Origin: Tubulanus polymorphus
Lineage: Eukaryota; Animalia; Nemertea
Direction: 5' to 3'
DNA length: 64,000 bases
Assembly: GCF_964204645.1 (NCBI RefSeq)
Contig: NC_134032.1
Span: 9,536,275-9,600,274 of the forward strand
The notes under the pieces are model-generated. The model searched no databases. It had not been told where the DNA came from and saw nothing but the letters and a program-made list of their open reading frames with translations. Made by a program: the position numbers and the translations under genes. Shown in pieces: positions 28,701 through 39,300 of this stretch (positions within the stretch are counted from its first letter, which is position 1; the number at the start of each line of letters is the position of its first letter).

Positions 28701-28813
28701 AAATTTAAATTTCATTTTCGGTTTTGAGATTTTTGGAAAGGTTTTACCTTTTTGCCGTGGTAGTCTTCGACCACAGTCTCATCTCTACGGGCGCTCGGGT
28801 AAACTATTTTCAT
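16721..28813 (-). CDS. PREP: Prolyl endopeptidase (prolyl oligopeptidase, S9A), complete, 18 coding exons
   Basis: Exons 28748-28813, 27415-27542, 26805-26900, 26551-26719, 26083-26184, 25293-25435, 24646-24761, 24033-24178, 23529-23633, 22926-23111, 22394-22507, 22117-22265, 21900-22016, 21629-21724, 18385-18486, 18018-18174, 17412-17480, 16721-16786, all GT-AG. Motifs [23 protein letters not shown]; catalytic GGSNGG (Ser), DHDDRV (Asp), KSGHG (His). Confidence 0.97.
18552..19029. mobile_element. MITE with ~44-bp imperfect TIRs in PREP intron 14
   Basis: GTACATCGACAAAGCGACTGGAGACAACTAGTTGC versus GCAACTAGTTGTCTCCAATCGCAGTTTCGATGTAC. Confidence 0.7.
20249..20743 (-). pseudogene. Nested intronless gene for a secreted permuted papain-like (PPPDE/LRAT-like) protein with one in-frame TGA
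   Basis: ATG 20743 opens a signal-peptide-like [26 protein letters not shown] at 20650-20648 is in frame with the 126-aa ORF, which has a His motif [16 protein letters not shown] and a Cys motif [15 protein letters not shown]-like CATATAAG at ~20821-20828. Confidence 0.6.
24230..24600. repeat. Purine-rich (GA) low-complexity tract
   Basis: Almost only G/A on the + strand, in a PREP intron. Confidence 0.7.
25018..25240. repeat. ~39-bp minisatellite (ATGAGATAACTCATAGTGGCAATGATGGTGGAACTAAAAT), about 6 copies
   Basis: Directly visible tandem units with alternating variants. Confidence 0.85.
25530..25735 (-). mobile_element. tRNA-derived SINE
   Basis: Reverse strand reads TAGCTCAGTGAG (A box) ... 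GGGTTCGAGTCC (B box) ... CATAGGCCGTCCCGTCGTGAGGTT with an A/AAAC-rich tail; homologous to 31942-32178. Confidence 0.7.
27106..27393. mobile_element. piggyBac-type MITE
   Basis: TTAA|CCCTTTCAGTGC ... GCACTGAAAGGG|TTAA: TIRs with a TTAA target duplication. Confidence 0.88.
27571..27804. mobile_element. MITE with 14-bp TIR and 5-bp TSD
   Basis: CTGGGCCGTCGGAA ... TTCCGACGGCCCTG, flanked on both sides by GATTG. Confidence 0.8.
28491..28556 (+). repeat. Degenerate tRNA-derived sequence (pseudo-tRNA or SINE head) in PREP intron 1
   Basis: GCTCGGTGGTCTAGTGG (A box) and GGTTTGAGTCT (degenerate B box). Confidence 0.45.
28597..28608. promoter_or_regulatory. NRF1/ewg-type palindromic site near the PREP 5' end
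   Basis: TGCGCATGCGCG, with a CCAAT about 13 bp downstream, in the first intron; motif match only. Confidence 0.35.
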
Positions 28814-30341
28814 TCTGGAAACAGCGTTTCGGTTCGAAGGTGGATAGGGGGAGGAATTCCACTTGTCAAAGCGAAAAATCGGAAATATTGCTCCAAGCCG
28901 GTGAATCGGATCGCGAAGCAAATTTGTTACGCACCGGCGGTAATAATTTCTGAATAATCCCGGGAATACTCTGGATTCGAACCCCATAAGAATCTATCTA
29001 CGAATTCTGCGCTCAGCCTGGAGCCTTGCTGCACAATGTATTGAGCCTAAACTTAATTTAGTTCAATTATGAGCTATATTTCCGTAAACTCCTCATAAAA
29101 TATCCCAGTGCGGTATTAACGAACTATAAAGAAGTTGTTTTGTACAGCGGTATCAATTTTATGATAAATATTCGGGATTCGAATCCCAATGCAACCCAGC
29201 CCAGAGTGCCCGGTAACGTTGATTGGCTAAAAAACCCTAGGTAATCTGAATATTCAATCCGTAGAAATCCTCACCACCGAAGACCATGACGTCTATGAAA
29301 TAGAAAACCCCTATTGCGCAATCATCTGAGGACACGTTATAGTGCAATGCTTTAACAGTGACAGTCTCTTGTGCAACACGGTAAAATTATATGAAGACTC
29401 GAACATGATTTCACACAACTTAAATCTAGAGCACCATGAAGAAGCTCTGACTAAAGGAATTTTATCAAAATCTAAATAGGTAAGGACATAAACATTTACA
29501 GTTAGGTGAGCGATAATTTATGCTATAAAGATTAGGAATTGATTACGACCTGAAGATATAAGGTATCAACATTTATCAAAACGAGATATATTTCTTATCA
29601 AAATACGAAAAAGTAGTTTTCTACAAGTGTTCTACGCAACGAGGTAAGCGCTCGCTTTTACACATTTCAAACACTCACAACATTTTTAATATAACGATAA
29701 TCCGACAATAAGACAAGTCCGAAAATGTTTCCTTGACATTCGACATTCGACGTGTCTAGTCTGAGTATTCCTAACATTTTCGGATCTCTTTTTTCCGTCA
29801 TTATTGTGGGATTCTCGTTATATCTTCGTCACAACACTGATATAGTGTCTTTTCAATGGTGGAGAAATTGTTTTGTTTTGCTGGTTTTATTATACATTGG
29901 CGCGCCGGTAAATTTGATCTGAAAAGAAAATTGGGGGTTATCCATAATTTGGTTTCGAGCTTCCTAGTCAGCTATGAACATGCTCAAGTACTTCGTGTAT
30001 ATACTATGAGACATGTACAATGACTGGCAGGGTTATCACGTGGTATATACTCTTTGGGTTTAAAAGTGGGAGCTTAGTCGTTGAGGGCATTCAGGGGGTA
30101 GCTAAAGTAACATATTGATTTTAATATAATTTCTAGAAAAAATGAAATTATCGAAAATTGTCGTGAGTTAAGTTTAGATCTAGTCGTGTATGGAACTCAA
30201 TGTCGTCGATGGTCTGATTTTGAGGACCGGTTTAGACGGATCGCGTTAGAAATAGCATGCGCAACATGTAAACTTGATCTATATAATTAATGAAATTCTA
30301 ATTACAGGTCTCCTCATTAAGACATCCCTCATATACTCACT

Positions 30342-33300
30342 ATGAGAGGCCAGCAACCTGTTGATTTCGATACGGAACCGAAGCGGTTTTTAACGAGCGC
30401 TGGAGTCACAGCCGATGAGCACTACGCCGTACAAACTAAGCAGCCGATGCGGTACATGGCTGCGATAAAATTATTAGAAGAATACGGTATCGAGATGCCG
30501 CAAAGTAAGAGTCTGCAATTTTCTAGCCTTTCTTGTCCTAAGAAAAATGTCGACTTGGAAATCCATAGGTGCAAAGAATTTTGAAAGGGGGCTCGTTTTC
30601 GAACGAACAGTTCTATTGTTTACGAGTCTTATATCCTCATCATGTGTCTTAATATCGCCAGACTTGATTAATTCAAAGCTATACATAGGTCCGGCCTTGA
30701 CCACCCGTTTTAATTCAACCCTGGGTGGTATACCTCAAATGACCACAAACAAAGCCAATAACCCATAGTATAGTAGTTTATTTGTCACCAACAAGATGTA
30801 CAAATAACAAAATAGGTTACAGATAATGAGGTGACAGGAGCCTGAGCAGAGCCAGAAAGGCTGTTTATCCAAAAGGAAGTTCAGACACGTTTACATAAAC
30901 ATGAACTAATTAAAGAAAAAAACAAATGAAAAGGGTGAAGATGAATTTATATCATGCAGAAGTCTCTCTGCTGGATGAAAATATATATCTCTTTTGAACC
31001 TACTTATTACGCGGGTGCTCATAGTTGGAGCAGATTTAATGAGTACAGGTTGGTTTTGCCAAATTGAAGGAACTTTACAGAGGAATGACTTATTGAAGAT
31101 GCTAGTTTCGTGGGTCTGGATTCTGCGGTGGTTTCGAGCTCTGGTATATGGGCCAGAGTATTATTTGGTCTTAAAAAGTCTAGAAGTTAGAGTTAAGACT
31201 GGTCTTTAAAAACTAGCCTCAGTAGTCAAAGAACAGTTTGAAAACGTTGAAATCGTCGACGCTTTTGACATGTTGGCACGAGAGGCAACGACTTTGCTAA
31301 AAGACTGTCTGCACTCAAGACGAACATCTCCTGGCTACGGGCTTCCTATAAGTGTATGTTCTCCCTCTTCTCGATAGGTTCCCGGGTCCGAGCATTAGCT
31401 ATGTCGATAGCGAGGGCTGATAACGACATGACGAACGCCCTGTTGACGGATAGGGAGAAATTTGGCCCGGTCGAGGTGTATCGGGCAATGCAGGTGCTCG
31501 ACTCCGGTCGACAGGTGCGCGTCGAACAGAGGAAATTAGAGCGGCTGCAAGCGTTGCAGGCCACTTCCGGTAAAGTCAAAGCGAGGACGCTCGGTAAGAT
31601 CAAGTCGAAAATCGACAATTTAAACCAGCATAAACCAAAGGTAAGATCTTTAAGCGGACAAATGGATGCATACATGATGCGTACGTATGATAAAGATACA
31701 AATAAAAACTTGAGAATAAACAATCATATCATTTGATTGTACAAATTTTGCACCAAACTCCGGTTGTTGAGGATGGATATGACTCAAGAGTGAAACGGAT
31801 TAATTCATATTAGATTACTTTACCTAAAACTCTTTTTAGTTGGATTTTATTTACCACTGTAGAATCTGGGTCCTCTAGCTGCGTGCATGGATTCTAACAG
31901 ACTAAGACCGTTTATTTTATCGAGCTTAGTCGATCTCACCTTAGCTCAGTGAGGACGTGATGCTGTTGCAGTCACTATCAGTGCTGGGTGACAAGCGGGT
32001 TCGCGTCGGGCCAGCTGCTTACAGCGTGCGGGCATTTCATAGGCCGTCCCGTCGTGAGGTTATATTAATATTCCAATAGGGTTAGTCTTGGCTACGAGCA
32101 ATCATCTCAAGATTGAGATGATTGCGTGTAGATCTTGGAAAACCAAGATCCTAACGCCGTAAAGCAAAAACAAACACTTCAGAGAGGAGAGGTTTGGTAG
32201 TTATTTCCGAATCCAGAATTGAATTCACACTCTCTTTATTTGAATTGCGCTCATTTTTTGTTTTTCTAGCACGGTTCGGCAAGCGGCGCCGTTTGCAGTA
32301 AACTAAAAGAATGGGTCCGCGAATTCAGCAAGGCTGAGTTGGAATTTATAGCTTTACATTTCCCGACCAAAGCCTGGAAAGGGCTGGCAGAAATCTGCCA
32401 TTTTAATCCGGAACAGGTATTAATGCTTTTCAATATAAACGGCGCTGCCTTAGAGAAATCCCGTAGGCCGTCTTAAAACTGTACACCCCTTTAAGAATTA
32501 ATGAAGGCCTTCACATATTCGACAGGACATCATCTATGTGCTACTTGGCTCGATCGGTCCAAAGTTCTACAGCATGTGGGCTCTGTGACTGAACCCTCAT
32601 TTATTGATGTTAACTCGCATTTATATCGTTCATTTCATTGATCTTTAAGTGAATAATGAATCATAACATTGCTTCTAATACCCAAATTATACCTACCTCG
32701 GGTGGGTTTGGTTTGATGTAAAAATGATCTATTTTTTGTTACATTAGGATTTTCCGGAACTGCCCTGGTTTTTGCCGTTCGTATTCGGAACCAGCCCACC
32801 GGTCGACTCTTTAGTTTATCAGTGTCGCGATTTAAACAAGAAAAACGTTAACAAAATATTGAAAGGCGGCGTCAAAATCCCCTTCAGTCATATAAAACAG
32901 TATCATAAATATCTAACAGATGAATCGAAACTTTTCATCGCAGTTTCATGTCCGAAACTCGACACAATTATTTGGTAAGTAGAAACCTTCAAAATTAAGC
33001 TTTTACTAAGTCAGAATTAATACAACAAGACGAATCGTACTTTATAAGTTAACTTAGTTTATTTGACGCACGGGCTTTCGCTACTGGTATATAGTAGGTT
33101 CGTCAGGGGAATTGCACACGCTTTCGGTGTATCACTGAACTCGGTTATGAATTGAGAGGGGCATGGTTGACTGCAGATATACTTCTTGTTCTTACACTCC
33201 TTGAACTCGCGACCGGTGGCGAAGATAGTGGTGGTGGTGTTGGAGATGGTGGTGTTGTTAATAATCACGGTAATGGTGGGGATGGCGGTGATGCTGGAGG

Positions 33301-36300
33301 AGGCGATGGAGCAGATGGTGGAGACAATAATGATGATGATAGTGATAGAGATGGTGATGGGCATGATGGGCGATGGTGGTGATGTATATGATGGTAATGT
33401 TATCCAGTCGTCTAGTAATCTAGTAAATCTAGTCATCTATTCCTCCAGTCGACCAGTATACCATGTCACATGTGTACAGTGCGTCTTCGAATCACGTCAA
33501 AATTAAAAACTGGATCACTACCAACGTAAGGAATATTCCCCAACACTCTTGCGCTATTACCCCATATTCTAAACTTGGGTCAGCTTGAACTCCGATTAGC
33601 GAGCTTCATTGCCCCATCATAAAAGTAAATGTACACTGTCCAGTGGATTATCATTTAACCGATTGAATGGCCTCATATTTCAATTGACCATGAAGAAAGT
33701 TAAGGACGACACATCTGTAGATCTTGTAGAAAAAGACGAAAAGGTGGTTGGTAACGCTGAGTATGGAGCTATAGATACCGTTAACCATTCTATTCATGCC
33801 GATTTCCAGTCTAAAGATACCGGTAACCAGTCTAAAATACAACCAAATAAGGAGCAATCATCATATATATTTTCTTGCCAAATCCGCCGTCGGGCAAACC
33901 CGGTTATCGTTTGTTTCGTTAGTCTTTCGGGGTTATCGTCAATATTTCATCAGGAACTTTACTACCTGTACTGAGTGAACTTCAAGATGGATTCCGCAAT
34001 AACTCGTTGTTTGCAGATCATCATATTGCCGAAGACGTGGCCATCACCAAAACGGTATTCGATTGTGGAATGGTGCTTGGAAGCGTTTTTCTGTGGTGGA
34101 TTGACATTTAAATATGGCAACGTATACCCGTTTTCTTTATTGGGCTCTCTAGGATTTATTCTAAATGCCGGATCGACGATGGTGTCATCTGAATTCAAAA
34201 ATGAAGGTAAAATAGCTATAGCATTGGCTATCGTGTACAGTCTAAAATATGCCGCTCCTGAAATTGGTTACACAAGCCGTTTGTACGAAATCAAACACGT
34301 CGACTATGCCGTATCTTTATTGATTCCATTCTGCGTCTTATTGATACTTATAGTAATATGCGCTTTCTTTAAACTAAATAATAAAGATGTAAAAAACCCG
34401 TACATGTTGAGCTGATCAAATCGATGTTGACTGATGCCCAAACGTTGGTAATATTCGGATTCAAATGTATTTAAACCATAAGTACAAATCTTCATTAAAT
34501 ATATATATGACATTGTTGATTGAGCAGGTCACATCCTGATGTAAAGCACTGGCAAATAAAGGTACACTTATACTGGGGCCGACGGCCATCAACCTTCTAG
34601 GCGCGAAACTATTTGGATTCATAGTGGCCAAAACTAAAAATTATCGTTGGGTTTATCTTATAATTTATTGTCTGATTACGGCAATTTCATTCGTTGCGTA
34701 TCCGTTCGTTGCAAATGTCTGGCAAGCATTAGGTAGCTCTATAATCTGTAACTTGTCGTTTGGGCTTGCGCTAGTTTTAGTTTTTCCTGGTTTTCGGATG
34801 TCGCCGATAAGAAGTTAGACAGTTATTATGAGACGATATACGCAATAGATACCACGGCATCACGCGTGGCATTAGTACTACTAACGTTAGTAGCCGGCGC
34901 CGTAGAACCACGCGATTTTTATAGGTGTCGGTGTTGAATTTCATCTACTTTTCTACGTCTTTTGCTGTTAGAGATATTTGAATTAATCCAGAGAGACCGT
35001 AGACCTCAGCTGAATTGTAGAAGAAATGAACGGTATATAACGAAGTAGAAATAAATTTACATTTGAACTTCAAGCCGATTTTTAATTTTCATTTAACTTT
35101 CATTAGAGTTAACATCAGGGCCCAATTACGCAGTCGTGACCAACTCTTAGTCTAAAAGACGCCAAACGTCGTCTATTCTAATATCGGTCTCGTGTTGTTA
35201 GATTGGCTTACCATCGCACGTGGCTTAAAACCGTTTCAACATGACCCGAGTATAATCATAATCTAACCTTGCTAGACAGATTCTATGGATTTGATACTTC
35301 CTCGGTTTTGACTATGACTCCCCGGATCGAATCAACATTTTCTACGGTCTTGATCGGTAGTCAGTTCGACAGACGATATGTCTTGTCTAACACACGAACA
35401 CTCCCCGATAGAAGCGGTGGGGCACGTGGACTTTTATACCAACATAGACAATACGCAACAGGTAAATATCCAAATTCGCAATTGCGCCCTGTACAAAAGC
35501 TCGAGTTAGGACCAATGTATTGCAATGATTCATCGAATGAACCTACAAATTTGTATTTCTAATTTCACCTCAAACAGATTTGCTGGTTAGGTCACCAGAT
35601 TACGCACAACTCGGCATCAAGGACACTTACTTTTCTGCTAATTGATTTCGATTGATGAGATGGTCTGTTGTTCAAGTCGCTCGAAATAAAGTTCAATGTA
35701 TCTTCTCCATTTAGGAAATCTTTGGTATATCTTTAGTCACGTGAACAGACGCGTGAAAGACTTTTTCAATTCGTTAACGCATTAGCGAGGATTTTTAATG
35801 CGTAGAATCCGCTTTATATGGAATCCACTAATGGATTTTGGTTTTAACTATGCGTGAACCTCGATCGGTAGCCAAATTACCACTGAGTGACACTATACGT
35901 ACACTGGAAATGTAGAAGTAGCTTCTGGAAGATGATTACTGATTGAAACTCGACAATCACAGGTGACGCTGTTACAAGTCACGTGTTTCAATCTCGTACG
36001 TGGCAGAACGTTGTTTGGTACGCGTTCAATGTTTACATCAGTAATAGGGGTAATAGGCTTTCAAGCCAAAGGTCGAACGGTCGAGCTCGTAAAAAATGAA
36101 AAACATAAAAATAATAACAATTTCTACTTGAATTACTCGCGAAACTCATAAAAATGAAAAATAAATTCTCACACGCTCGAATATATTTTTCATTTTTATG
36201 AGTTTCGCGAGTAATTCAAGTAGAAATTGTTATTATTTTCATGTTTTTCATTTTTTACTCACCCGCCCGTTCAACCTTTAGCTTGAAAGCTTATTACCCC

Positions 36301-39300
36301 TATTACTCTTAAAATATTCATATAAATGAATAACATTTAAATTGACAGATTATTCAATATAAAAGTGTAAGCTCTTATAGGATATATATATATATATAAA
36401 TAGTTATTTTATAAATTTATATTCATATGGAAATTGTAGTCTCAGTAATAATTTTGAACCTTTATTATTCTTTAATTTATTCATATATTCATCATGTAAT
36501 TCAGTAGGTATAATTTGATTTTCTTCCAATGATTGTTGCATAGATTTTCTATCTTTGTTATAAAATAAAACTAGAAATCTAATGTTTTCTCTAAAGTCTT
36601 TAACAATTGAATTATATTTTTGATTTAAAACCCATGTTGTTATCCCAAAATGTCACCGGAGAAAGCTAAATAACATAACTCACTTTCTCTAACTTTTGAA
36701 TCATGTAAATTTGCACAATCATCTATAATGAATAATGTATTTGATCCTTTATAAGTATCAATTGCTATTTTTATACAATTATCTAAATTTTCTTTTACTG
36801 TTTTAGGATTTAATATAATAAACTTTTTCATCTTAACTATATCTCTATTATATGTTTTATTCATTTCAGAAGTAGGACAGAATAATATTATATTATCAAA
36901 ATGATTCATATAAATAGTTTCTAACAAATCTAATATGAAATGTGTTTTACCACAATTGGTTACTCCAGTTATTAACATATTATGCGGTTCAAATATAAAT
37001 AAATCTTTATTCATTTATTCTTTTAATTTTACTAGATAAAATCCATTCATTAAATTTATCATCATATCCTTTATATTTCACCAAAGAATACTTTTTTCCT
37101 TTAAGAGTTTTTGTTTTCAATACTTTTTCTATTTTGTATTCTATTTCATCTGGATTTGGTACAAGTGATAATTCTTGTTCATAGAAATAACCTAATATTT
37201 CTTCATCTTTTAAATCTTCTAATTTATAAACAAATGGTTTAGTTAATATTATCTTTTTAATCTTGAATATTTCTTCAGTAAAATTTGGAGTATAACCTTT
37301 ATAAAAGGTTTTTCTATATTTAGATATTCTTACGTGTTGTCTTATTTTAAATTTAGGTTCTCCAAAATCATGTGTAACAAACGCACCATATAAATTATTC
37401 CATACTATTTCTGAATTATCTTCTTTTCTAGCTTGTATAGGTTTCATATTTATAGAACTATGTTTAGAATTATTATAACCTTTCACCAAATCATCTAACA
37501 CATCGATATATTTATATGTTTCATTAGCAGTAAAATATTTCCACATTCTAGTTTTCAATGTTTTATTAAATCTTTCTATAATAGATGCTTTTTTGTCTGA
37601 GTGTGTTGAAAAATATTTTACATCGTTATCAGATAATAGTTTTTTGAAATGTTTGTTATAAAATTCCTTACCTTCATCAAATTGTATCTTATCTGGAATA
37701 GCTTCTTTAAATATAGATTTAAAAGCATTTGTAACTTCTATTCCAGTTTTATTTTTGATTGGAATTGACCATGCGTATCGACTGAATATATCTATAACAT
37801 TCAGTATCCAGAAATATCCTTTGTTGTATTCTTCTAAGTTCTTCATGTCAATTAAATCTGCTTGCCATTGTTGATCGATATATGAAACCATAACTTTTCT
37901 TGTTAAATAAGTTTTATCCATTTTCTTGTGGATTTGATATGTTGGTTGATTTTGTAACCATGATTTCAATTCACTATATTTTATATTTTCATTATCAGAT
38001 TTAATTTTATTCCATAATTCTGAAACGTTAGAATATGATACTTCACTTTCTGGGTTATAATATAAATCTCTTAAATATTGTTCTTTTTTCATCTTATTTT
38101 AATCCATTAATAATAATTTAGATTTAGTTTCAATGACTTTATGATTTGACTTTTTTTCTGGTATGATAGGTTTACTGTCTGTACACGGATAACTAAGTTT
38201 CCGATTATCATTGGAATCATTATTGTTATAATCAGATTTATACTTATATTTATATATTACACCGGATAATATAATAACTGTTACTAATCCAATTGTAATA
38301 TATAATTTATAATTGCTTCCAGCATTAGAAGAATTAGATGGATTATTATTTGAATCAATATCAGATAATTTCTGTGATTCATTTATATCAGTTAATTTCT
38401 TTTTCTTAGCTTTTTTTAATTCTGAAGATCTTTTACCTAATTCTCTTGCCCATTTAATTTGTTTCTCGGATCTAGCCTTTTTCTTAACTCCATCACTCAT
38501 TTATTTTAGTTAATTTTTGTTCTGATTCATTTTCTGTTTCGACGTTTGGTTGTAGTACATCTGTTTCGTTCTTACCTGATTTATATTCCATAGGCTTGAT
38601 GTTCGAAAATGTTATGACGCCAGTAGAAATTAATGTCATAACCGATCCTAATTGAAATGAAGCATATCCAACCCATTTTTGTAATTCAGTCATAACTAAG
38701 TAGTCATTTTTCAAATCACTATATAATTTATTTTCATCATCAATTGGTATTAACTGGTTAAATAACTTAGAATAACATTTGACAATACCATTCGAAATAG
38801 AATCATTTATTTTAGCTAATCTAGCTTCTTCATAAATCTTAAAATATTTTATTACTTTATCTGGTTTCATAGAGTCTAGTTCTTGAAAAGTAATGATTCT
38901 ATTTAAAAACTCCTTAGATTTCCCGCCAGCAATTAATAATTCTAGATGGTGTTTACATGTTAAATAGTATTCATAATCTATATTGTTATTAACTTGAATA
39001 GAATTAGAAACAACTGTATCTTTATTATCACTAATACCCAAATCATCTAATGTCTTTTCAATATCAATACTATTCTTATTAGATTTCTTTGACATTTATA
39101 TTAGAGAAAAAAGCAAAAAAAAATATTATAAGTATTCTTCAAATGATACTAGCTAGTTAAAGGTAAAGAATTTTAGTATTAGTTATTGTTTTTTTAGTAT
39201 TTTTTATTTGTGATATAAAGTATTCTCTTTTGAAAAGAATTGTAAAAGAAAATATTAAAAATTAAAATAGAAATAATGGCTAGTTGAAGTTAATGTTTTT

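Noticed and set aside
31217-31290. Extra exon of the vWA gene (SVVKEQFENVEIVDAFDMLARE)
   Set aside because: No convincing donor, and exon 30569-30688 already joins 31378 in phase.
33059-33506. Met-, Gly/Asp- and Ile/Thr-rich ORFs
   Set aside because: Products of a (GAT/GGT)n low-complexity tract.
36034-36039. 6-bp Polinton target-site duplication
   Set aside because: TACATC is not repeated at the right junction, which has been deleted, so no TSD can be claimed.
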